The notes under the pieces: model-generated
The model's input: the letters and a program-made list of their open reading frames with translations, nothing else
Databases searched by the model: none
Told to the model about the DNA's origin: nothing
Program-made: the position numbers and the translations under genes
In this document: piece by piece, positions 40,312 to 48,496 of the stretch
Layout of the letters: each line of letters begins with the position of its first letter
How positions within the stretch are numbered: the first letter of the stretch is position 1
NCBI GenBank assembly: GCA_965208105.1
Contig: OZ242318.1
Location: 896,001 to 960,000 of the forward strand
Length of the DNA: 64,000 nt
Origin: Candidatus Latescibacterota bacterium
GTDB lineage: Bacteria; Latescibacterota; UBA2968; UBA8231
Reading direction: 5' to 3'

Positions 40312-40341
40312 GAATCTTTCATTTCGGAGGCAACCATCCCC

Positions 40342-42492
40342 GTGAATCTGCAGCCGGCTATCGATCCGGTCACACGCTACGTCCACCTCGGGTACAGCGT
40401 TCCCGCGGGTGCGCCCGAGCTCGTGCGGGTTCGCTGCGAGCTGCGCCCGCCTGGAGCCGGGGAATGGCTGCCGGCCCCGGTCCATCCCTACCTCAGCGCC
40501 ACTGCGAAGGCCCTGCTGCCGGAGGAAGAATGGCTCGAGGGCATGCGCCGCGGCACCCTCGTCGAGCGCCGCGCCGGGGGATTGGAACGGACCCTGGTGT
40601 GGAATCCGTTCACCCGGTTCCAGGGCAGAGCTGCGGTGGAAATGCGCATAACCCTGATGCACGGCGACGAAGTGCTGGAGCGGGGAGAAACCGGGATAGA
40701 GCTGCGCAACGAGGACGTGGTGGTTTTGGAGGACTGGCGCCGGGTAATGCAGGAAGGGCTGGTATCGGAAAGCCCAGGTCCCGGCGATGCGGTCTGGTGG
40801 TTCCGCCGCCGGCCGGCGGGCGAAAATGCTCCCTTCCCCGGAACATCGCTTGAGGCGGCCGAAAAGGGGGTCGAGCTGCCGCCCCTGACCTACCCCCTGG
40901 ACCTGCGCGGCCCCCACGCCATCTTCGTCTCCCTGCCCCCCGGGCTGAGTTGCATCGAGCTGCGCCTTTCGGGCGACGAACGCCGGGAGGATTTCGGCGC
41001 CGCCTCGCATCTCCAGCCGGAACCTGTGGATCCCGCCACGCGCCCGGGCGACGAGGAGTTCTGGCGCTGGGCGGAAATGGACCGGCAGCACCTGGTCATC
41101 TCCCAGCCATACCGCTCCGTTTTCGAGTACGAAGACGAGTTCCGCGCCCGGCTCCAACGGGTGCGGCTGGTCCCCCTGGCAGGTGAAGAGGTCGAGGGGC
41201 TGGAGGCCGAGTGGGGAGCGGAGGGCGAGCGGCGCCTGGTCTTCGGCTACCAGGAGCCCTACTCGTGGGGATTCACCCAGAAGATCGAGAGCAACCTGCA
41301 ACTTCGCGAACCCCTGCTCGCCTTCGCCGAGGCGAGGGTGGACAGTCTCGATATTCAAACTGCCAGGGGCGGCTCGTGCTCGGTGAGCGAAACCCGCGTC
41401 GGAACCCAGCTCCTGGGCCGGACCCACGGGGACCCGGTGCGCGGCAAGGTGCCCCATACCGACAACGTGGGGCGCCTGCAGCAATTCACCAACACCCTGG
41501 GCACCCAGCTCGAGTACGGGCGCCAGCTCGGGATTGCCGCGCGCGCCAATCTCGGGGCCACCAACTGCTACGCCGGCTCGGCATTCGAGTCGGAATTCTC
41601 CCGTCAGCACCCCGAGTGGCGCGAGGACTCCCTGCTGCGCTACGAGGTGCCGGAGGTACGGCAGTACGTCCTGGCGCTCTTCGAAGAGGCCCTGGAAATC
41701 GGCGCCCGCGGCCTCTCCATCGACTGGTGCCGCTATCCGCTAGCGCTCAAGGACAAGGGGACGGTGACCACATTCCTGCGCCAGCTGCGCGACCTGGCCG
41801 AGCGCCATTCGGACCCGCGCCGCGGGCGCGTCTCCATCCTGGTGCGCTTCCCGGTGCGCGGGGCCCCCCGCTGCGAGCACATGGACTACAAAACCTGGGT
41901 CCGGGAGGGGCTGGTGGACTACCTGTGTCCGAGCAACATCTTCAACCGTCCCCTGGCTTTCGAGATCGACGAATACCTCGAGGCGGTCAGAGACACTCCG
42001 ACCATCCTTCTGCCCAACGTGGAGCCCTGCCTTCCACTGCCGGGGATGTGGTTTCAGCGCCTGCTGGACTGCTACGAGAAGGGGGCCGAAGGAGTCTTCG
42101 TCTACCAGTGCGACGCCCCGGTCAGCAAGGCGCGGACCCGGCGCTACGTCTCCATCGCCGGCTCGGTGGACGCCCTGCGGCGCTGGCGCAGGCGCGAAGC
42201 CCGGGAGCAATCGCGCTACAGCAAGGGAATCTACCTGTCCTATCCCCACACGGATGGCAAGTACCAGCCTTACGAGCGCCTGCGCCTATGGGTCGAGGGA
42301 GTCGGGGCGGATACCGTGGAGATCTGGGTGGACGGACGCCTTGTCAACAGCTACGCTGCGCCGCCCTACATCCCGTTCTCCGAAGCCCTCGAGGACGACC
42401 ACGCCATCGCCGCCGGCACCCACACCCTCAGGGTGAGGGCCAGGGACGGAGAGGGCTGGCTCGAGCGCGACTTCGAGGTCGAGTACGCCTGA
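40342..42492 (+). CDS. GHL10-like TIM-barrel protein with accessory beta domains
   Basis: FSRQHPEW, LRYEVPEVR, GLSIDWCRYP, DYKTWVREGLVDYL; C-terminal Ig-like domain. Confidence 0.6.
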   Translation: MNLQPAIDPVTRYVHLGYSVPAGAPELVRVRCELRPPGAGEWLPAPVHPYLSATAKALLPEEEWLEGMRRGTLVERRAGGLERTLVWNPFTRFQGRAAVEMRITLMHGDEVLERGETGIELRNEDVVVLEDWRRVMQEGLVSESPGPGDAVWWFRRRPAGENAPFPGTSLEAAEKGVELPPLTYPLDLRGPHAIFVSLPPGLSCIELRLSGDERREDFGAASHLQPEPVDPATRPGDEEFWRWAEMDRQHLVISQPYRSVFEYEDEFRARLQRVRLVPLAGEEVEGLEAEWGAEGERRLVFGYQEPYSWGFTQKIESNLQLREPLLAFAEARVDSLDIQTARGGSCSVSETRVGTQLLGRTHGDPVRGKVPHTDNVGRLQQFTNTLGTQLEYGRQLGIAARANLGATNCYAGSAFESEFSRQHPEWREDSLLRYEVPEVRQYVLALFEEALEIGARGLSIDWCRYPLALKDKGTVTTFLRQLRDLAERHSDPRRGRVSILVRFPVRGAPRCEHMDYKTWVREGLVDYLCPSNIFNRPLAFEIDEYLEAVRDTPTILLPNVEPCLPLPGMWFQRLLDCYEKGAEGVFVYQCDAPVSKARTRRYVSIAGSVDALRRWRRREAREQSRYSKGIYLSYPHTDGKYQPYERLRLWVEGVGADTVEIWVDGRLVNSYAAPPYIPFSEALEDDHAIAAGTHTLRVRARDGEGWLERDFEVEYA

Positions 42493-42615
42493 GGCCCCCC
42501 GCCGCAGACTTACCCCGGGATGAAAGTTCCGTTCGACGATGGGGCGTTCCTGCAGTGAACGAAGGTTTTTTCCAGGGGGTCCTGCTTCGAAGGCGACTGG
42601 GGACAAATCAGCACG

Positions 42616-43761
42616 ATGAAGCGAATGCGAGAAAATCACATGGACACCAGAATCGCGGTGAGGCATTGGAAAAACTGGTTCCCCGAGGACCGGGAATCAT
42701 TCGAGCTCACCTCGGCAGAACAGCAGTTCATTGCCGCGGCGACAGGCAGCCTCCCGCGGAACTGGGAGGGCGACCCGGACATCGGGCGCATGGAAGCGAT
42801 TCTGGCCGAAGAACCGGCTGTTCTCCACCGCATCGGAAGCATCCTGCTGCATCGGCTCCTGCTGAACAGGCGTGGCTGCGGCCCGGCGGTCAGGTTCATG
42901 TTCGATCAGGGCATAGCTCTCGAGCTGGACAGCACCCGCTACAACTCGCTTTTCGACGCCGTGTACATCGGGGCGCTCGACGTGGTCCGGACCGTCTTCG
43001 AGGCGGGCGCGGCCGACGCGAGGGGCATCGCGCTGCTGAAGCCGCACGTGGGCTGGCCGGACAACACCTCCATGCTGTTCTGGGCGGCAACGAACGGACA
43101 TGCCGACATGGTCGAGCTCCTGCTGGAATACGGTGCCGGAATCCACCACGAGCTTCCCATCAGAGGCTGGGGCGAAAGGGGCTCCACCTCGCTCCAGGTG
43201 GCCGCGGCGCCTGGCAGCAGGGCGGGAGACCTTGCGCGAAAACGCGAAGCGGCGCGCATTCTGATCGAGGGCGGCGCCTTCTATGACGTCTACTCGGCCT
43301 GCGGCCTCGGCGACGCGCCGCGCCTCCTGGACCTCATCGGCGAGAATCCGGAGGTTGCCAGCGCGGCCGGCGACTACGGCATGACTGCGCTGCATTGGGC
43401 CGCGCGCGCAGGATCCATGCAATGCGCCGAGAGCCTGATGGACCGGGGAGCCCCGGTCAACCCTCTGAACAAGGGCCGGCGGACGCCGCTGCAGCTGGCC
43501 GCCGAGGCCGACCAGGCGGAAATGGTTCGCCTGCTGGCCAGGCACGGGGCCCAACTCAATACGCAGGACGGTAAAGGACGCACTCCCCTGCATCGGGCCA
43601 CCTACGAAGGCTGCGCTGCCGCCGCCGAGGCCCTGCTCCAATTGGGAGCCGACCCTCTGGTTCCCAACAAGAGAGGCAAGACCGCCCTGGAGATCGCCCG
43701 CAAGGACGCGAGATACCTGAAGGAGCGGGGAGATTCGAGGCGGTCGGCGCGCCAAGATTGA
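42616..43761 (+). CDS. Ankyrin-repeat protein (start may be 42640)
   Basis: GMTALHWAA, RTPLQLAA, GRTPLHRA, GKTALEIA. Confidence 0.85.
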   Translation: MKRMRENHMDTRIAVRHWKNWFPEDRESFELTSAEQQFIAAATGSLPRNWEGDPDIGRMEAILAEEPAVLHRIGSILLHRLLLNRRGCGPAVRFMFDQGIALELDSTRYNSLFDAVYIGALDVVRTVFEAGAADARGIALLKPHVGWPDNTSMLFWAATNGHADMVELLLEYGAGIHHELPIRGWGERGSTSLQVAAAPGSRAGDLARKREAARILIEGGAFYDVYSACGLGDAPRLLDLIGENPEVASAAGDYGMTALHWAARAGSMQCAESLMDRGAPVNPLNKGRRTPLQLAAEADQAEMVRLLARHGAQLNTQDGKGRTPLHRATYEGCAAAAEALLQLGADPLVPNKRGKTALEIARKDARYLKERGDSRRSARQD

Positions 43762-43915
43762 GCCGGCCTCCTCCGCCACCTGACCGCATACGGTGCGGAG
43801 GTGAACGCTCGCGGATTCGAGGACTGCAACCAGTGGCCGCCGCCCCTGGTGCTCGCATGCAGGAAAGGGTCGAGGAAGGCGGGTGGACTCACGACTGACA
43901 ACCGGAGGACTCTCT

Positions 43916-46036
43916 ATGCGTCGTAATTTCCGACACCTTTTGGTTTTAACTGGAACTCTGTGCATAGCGGGCAATCCCCTTTTCGCCCAGAATACCGAGG
44001 AGGAGGAGAAGGAGGAAGAAGAGCTGCCCGTTTATGTGGGAGAAGAGACTCTGGTGATGGAAAGCAGGGAAAAAGTTCCCACAACGAGTACTATCGCCAC
44101 CAGGATTCCCGTTCCAATCCGGTTGACTCCGGCAAGTATCGGTGTCGTAACTGGCGGGTTGTTTCGACATCAGAGTGGGGTGGTATTGGGGGATGCACTG
44201 CGAAATGTGAGCGGCGTCAACATTCAGACCGTATTTGGTGTTACGGATTTCTTCATCATCCGCGGGTTCGATTCGCTTTCCAGCGGGCTGGTGCTCACCG
44301 ATGGCGCATCGGAGCCCGAGGCCACGTTCTACAATCTCTACAACCTGGACCGCGTGGAGGTGCTCAAGGGACCGGGGGCATTTCTATACGGCGGCAACCC
44401 GCTTTCCGGATCGGTGAACCTGAGTCGCAAACAACCGATTTTTTCGAACGCGTTCCAGATAGGGGGCTCCTATGGGCCCTATAAAACGGTCCGCGCAACG
44501 CTGGATGCGAACCGGGCGCATATCGATCGCGGCATCGCCTGGCGCGTCAATGCGTTACGACAGGTCTCCGACCGCTATCGAGATGATAAGGACAGCGGTT
44601 CGTGGGCGGTGAATCCAGCGGCGACCTGGCGGCCTGATGACAAGACCACAGTGACCGCCAATTTTGAATATGTCACCAGCAGACACCAATCGGATTCGGG
44701 GTTGCCGATTGTAAATGGGGCAGTCGCAGATGTTCCCCGCACGCGATCATATCAATCGCCCTTCGATGTCTCCGATCAAGATATTTTTCGCGCGCGCCTC
44801 GATCTTCATTCTCGCCTATCGCACCGGGTTACGCTTCGCAACAAGATCTATTTCACCGACTTTTCATGGTTGTCCAAGGGCACATTGTTCAGCGGTGTTT
44901 TCCCCAACGCCCAGGGCAGTCTGGACATCCTGCGCACACTTGTTCTTTTGGACGACCGCCAGACGGTGTTGGGCAATCAGCTTGAGCTCCTATCTACATT
45001 CCGCACAGGCCGCCTGCAACACACCCTGCTTACCGGACTGGAATTGACGCAGTGGAAAGACAAATTCAACCTGGATGTGGCTGCCATGCCCAATATCGAT
45101 GTATTCAGTCCCGTGGAAACGGCGAGCCAGCCTTTCTTTGTTCTTCCGGGACAATCGCAGGGGGCGGATTCGAAAAGCCTCGTCATGGCGCCCTATTTCG
45201 TGAATCGCATCGTCTTTTTTCCACGCCTTCAGGCATTTGCAGGTGTGCGATATGACCGCATCGGCTACGATGATCCATTGACTTCGACGTCTCGAAATTT
45301 CAACAAGCTGAGTCCTATGGCAGGCATGGTGTTTTTGCTTGCGGAGGATTTCTCGATATACGCCAACGTCGGCAGAGCCTTTGCTCCTCCCTCAAGTCAG
45401 GTCGCAGGTCCGCGGGAGACCGAGGAGAGCCACCAGATGGAAGTGGGCGCGAAGAAATACGCGTTGGACAATCGCCTGCACGCGAGTCTCGCAGTTTATC
45501 AGTTGACAAAAAACAATATCGGCATTCCCGATGCGACGGGTGTCACGAAGCAGGATGGGGATCAACGCTCGCGCGGTGTCGAGCTTGAAGCAATGATACT
45601 CCCCGCGAGAAATTGGCACACATTTTTATCCTACGCACTATCCAATGCCAGACTCACCCGCTTTGCCGAATTGATCCCGGTTTTTACACAAACGGGCGTC
45701 ACCTTCCAGCTTGCAGATCGGTCGGGAAACAGGGCGGCGTTTTCGCCGCGCCATATTTTCAACGGGTGGACAGCGAAAGGATTCGACAATGGGCTGGAAC
45801 TTGGGCTTGGTGCGCGCTATGTTGCGAGTCAGTATATTGCCGAGGACAATCAATTCCAAATCAGAGATGTATTGACCCTGGATGCCTCGGTGTCTTTCGT
45901 GTACAGGCAGCTGAAATTTCGCATCAATGCCAAGAATTTGACCAATCAGGAATACGAAACGCGCGGCTTTGGATCCGCCTCGGTTATCCCGGCCAATCCA
46001 TTCGGTGTGCATTGTGCCTTTGAAGTCAATTTGTGA
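43916..46036 (+). CDS. TonB-dependent receptor (siderophore/metal type)
   Basis: Signal peptide, TPASI, DALRNVSG, IRGF, DRVEVLKGP...YG, SRGVELE, NLTN..Y. Confidence 0.9.
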   Translation: MRRNFRHLLVLTGTLCIAGNPLFAQNTEEEEKEEEELPVYVGEETLVMESREKVPTTSTIATRIPVPIRLTPASIGVVTGGLFRHQSGVVLGDALRNVSGVNIQTVFGVTDFFIIRGFDSLSSGLVLTDGASEPEATFYNLYNLDRVEVLKGPGAFLYGGNPLSGSVNLSRKQPIFSNAFQIGGSYGPYKTVRATLDANRAHIDRGIAWRVNALRQVSDRYRDDKDSGSWAVNPAATWRPDDKTTVTANFEYVTSRHQSDSGLPIVNGAVADVPRTRSYQSPFDVSDQDIFRARLDLHSRLSHRVTLRNKIYFTDFSWLSKGTLFSGVFPNAQGSLDILRTLVLLDDRQTVLGNQLELLSTFRTGRLQHTLLTGLELTQWKDKFNLDVAAMPNIDVFSPVETASQPFFVLPGQSQGADSKSLVMAPYFVNRIVFFPRLQAFAGVRYDRIGYDDPLTSTSRNFNKLSPMAGMVFLLAEDFSIYANVGRAFAPPSSQVAGPRETEESHQMEVGAKKYALDNRLHASLAVYQLTKNNIGIPDATGVTKQDGDQRSRGVELEAMILPARNWHTFLSYALSNARLTRFAELIPVFTQTGVTFQLADRSGNRAAFSPRHIFNGWTAKGFDNGLELGLGARYVASQYIAEDNQFQIRDVLTLDASVSFVYRQLKFRINAKNLTNQEYETRGFGSASVIPANPFGVHCAFEVNL

Positions 46037-46141
46037 AGCCGGTCTGCTCCGGCCCTTCGAGGCAACACGCCTCATTCTACCAGCATGACGCCATTCTCCA
46101 ACCATATGTCTCGTCAGAACTTCACAAGCCAGTGAGATGCC

Positions 46142-46414
46142 ATGGTTGAAATCTATCTGAGCCCGTTCTGCTCCTACTGCTGGAAGGCCCGCCTGATCCT
46201 GTGGCGAAAGGGAATTCCATACAGAAAGATTCCCATCCGCTACTACTTCGGCTTGAAGCTCCCCACCGCAAATTTCAAGGAGATGCTGCGCCGCACAGGC
46301 GGTGACGGCTCTATTCCACAGATCTTCGTAGACGGAGAGTACCTGGGCACCGAGGATGCTCTCGTGGAGCTCGAACGCCGCGGAGAGCTGGAGAATCGCC
46401 TGGGAGGGTCCTGA
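46142..46414 (+). CDS. Glutaredoxin
   Basis: CSYC, SIPQIFVDG.YLG. Confidence 0.85.
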   Translation: MVEIYLSPFCSYCWKARLILWRKGIPYRKIPIRYYFGLKLPTANFKEMLRRTGGDGSIPQIFVDGEYLGTEDALVELERRGELENRLGGS

Positions 46415-46420
46415 CCGACC

Positions 46421-47329
46421 ATGGAGATCCTCGACTACAGGGCCGGGATGCTGGGTGAGGTCGCCGGCCTCTTCAACAACGGCATCGCCAACGTGCCCAA
46501 CTGCTGGCCGGTAGACGAGGCGGATTTCTCCGGGGCGATCGCCGCGGTCTGCGGAGGCGAATGCGACGGCGGACCTTCAGTGGACGACCAGGCTCTGTCC
46601 GTGGCCGCGCTGAACGGCAGGGTCGTCGGATTCGCCCACACCGGCATCGACCGGGGAGACTCGGACGAAGCCCCACGCGGAGCGATCTGCTTCCTCTACT
46701 ACGAGCGCGGCTGCCGAGCCGCTGGACAGGCGCTGCTCGACGCCGCCGAGGGCAGGTTCGCGGCGTGCTCGCTCTCCGAGGTCTGCGCCTTCAACCAGGG
46801 CTACCGCTACCGCTTCTACTGCTTCCCCCACGCCTACCTCTCCGACCGCCTCGACCACGTCAGAGCCCTGCTGCAGTTCAACGGCTACAGGCCCAGGGAG
46901 GGCGAGGGCTTTCTCAACGGGCTAGATTACGAGGCGGCCGAGCTGCCCCAGGTCGACCTCGACTTCGACCTGGCGGTGACCTGGCCCCGGGAGAGAGGCC
47001 GGCGGCCCGGCTGCCACCTCAAGGCGCACAGGGACGGAGAAACCCTTGGTGAATGCGAGATCACCTGCGGCGGCGACTACTCTCGGCACCCCGATGCCCA
47101 GGACTACGGCTTCGTCAACTGGCTGGGGGTGGAGAGACCGCATCAGCACCGGGGCCTGGGAAAGCTGCTGCTGTTGCGCGGCCGCAACGAGATGCTCGCC
47201 GCCGGATACCGCCACAGCGCCATCAGCACCGCCCTCCACAACAACCGCGCCTTTCTCTTCTACAGCAACCACGGCTACCGGCTGGTCGACTGGACCTGCC
47301 AGTTGAGAAAGCCGCTCGTTCCGGCATGA
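46421..47329 (+). CDS. Tandem GNAT-fold acetyltransferase
   Basis: VVGFAH...AAGQALL; WLGVERPHQHRGLGKLL, NNRAFLFY...GY. Confidence 0.75.
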   Translation: MEILDYRAGMLGEVAGLFNNGIANVPNCWPVDEADFSGAIAAVCGGECDGGPSVDDQALSVAALNGRVVGFAHTGIDRGDSDEAPRGAICFLYYERGCRAAGQALLDAAEGRFAACSLSEVCAFNQGYRYRFYCFPHAYLSDRLDHVRALLQFNGYRPREGEGFLNGLDYEAAELPQVDLDFDLAVTWPRERGRRPGCHLKAHRDGETLGECEITCGGDYSRHPDAQDYGFVNWLGVERPHQHRGLGKLLLLRGRNEMLAAGYRHSAISTALHNNRAFLFYSNHGYRLVDWTCQLRKPLVPA

Positions 47330-47644
47330 GGGGAGCGAAGGACCTCGCCCTGGAACAACCGGGGAAGCCTGCCTTGGCAGCCCGTTGAAAAAGTCCATCC
47401 GGCCTGCTGCCGGCCATGGCGGGGCCGGCAGCAGGACCAGGGCTTGCCCTGCCGGGCCAGGGGGCCGGGGGCCTGGTTGCTTGTGCTGCCGCCGAGATTG
47501 ACTATTTTCTTTTCATCACCTGCCTCTGCAATAGTTGCAGGGGCGTATACAGACCAGGTTGGCAGTCGTTCGGATCCGCTTGGATTCCTTCTCGAAGGTA
47601 CTCGCACGATCTGCTCTAACCGCACATTGCAAAGGATCTTACAC

Positions 47645-47854
47645 ATGGCAGAGCGCGAGAAGGGAACCGTTAAGTGGTTCAACGACTCGAAGGGCTTCGG
47701 ATTCATCGTGCGTGAGAACGGGGAAGATGTCTTCGTCCACCACAGCGCGATCCAGAGCGAGGGCTTTCGCACCTTGTCCGACGGGCAGCAGGTGGAATTC
47801 GAGGTCGTCCAGGGCCAGAAAGGCCCGGCGGCCGAGAGCGTCGTAGCACTTTAG
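47645..47854 (+). CDS. Cold-shock protein
   Basis: [31 protein letters not shown]. Confidence 0.95.
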   Translation: MAEREKGTVKWFNDSKGFGFIVRENGEDVFVHHSAIQSEGFRTLSDGQQVEFEVVQGQKGPAAESVVAL

Positions 47855-47876
47855 GCCCTGGCTTCACATAGTGCCG

Positions 47877-47915
47877 AAGGGGGTGATGTGCACTGCATCA
47901 CCCCCTTTCAATTTT
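47877..47915 (+). terminator. Intrinsic terminator after csp
   Basis: AAGGGGGTGATG-loop-CATCACCCCCTT followed by TCAATTTT. Confidence 0.7.
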
Positions 47916-47924
47916 GGAGTTTGG

Positions 47925-48194
47925 ATGAAAATTCGAGTCGACAATCTAGCTGCAGACACCACCCAGGAGGACCTCCGCACGCTGTTCGAGCTGTTCGGGT
48001 CCGTCTCTTCTGCCACCATCGATCCGCGCCGTCGCTGGGGCCAGATCGACATGCCCAGCAAGTCCGCCGCCCGCGAGGCCATCGACATGCTCAACGGGCA
48101 GAATCTCAAGGGCTTCGACATGGTCGTCCAGGAAATGTCCGACCGCCCGGCCCACCGCCCGCGCGGCAAGCCGCGCAGGGGCCGGCGGCGCTAG
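47925..48194 (+). CDS. RRM (RNP-1-like) RNA-binding protein with Arg-rich tail
   Basis: IRVDNL...TTQEDLRTLFELFGSV, AREAIDMLNG. Confidence 0.8.
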   Translation: MKIRVDNLAADTTQEDLRTLFELFGSVSSATIDPRRRWGQIDMPSKSAAREAIDMLNGQNLKGFDMVVQEMSDRPAHRPRGKPRRGRRR

Positions 48195-48358
48195 TGTTCC
48201 GTCGCAGAAATATGTCGACATTATTCCGCCGATCCATCCCAGCTCACGGCGTTGCCTTCATTCGCCGTACACCACTGGTACGGCTCGCTCAGGCGCCTTG
48301 TGAGCCGGGCGCCTCGGCGGCCCAATTTCGTCAACCTATCTCTGCGACGGAACACTAG
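48191..48358. mobile_element. 168-bp MITE-like palindromic element
   Basis: Terminal IR CTAGTGTTCCGTCGCAGA perfect over 18 nt; nested internal stems. Confidence 0.75.
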
Positions 48359-48496
48359 CCTTTGCTTGCAGCATTGAAATAGCTAGATCTTGCTCAGCAG
48401 GCTCGATTTCGACCTGGTAGTCACCCTTTCCTCCTCGATGCCGTTGCGTTCCCCGCTAGACAAGCCGGCCCCTCAAGCACGAGCACGGAGAAACCG

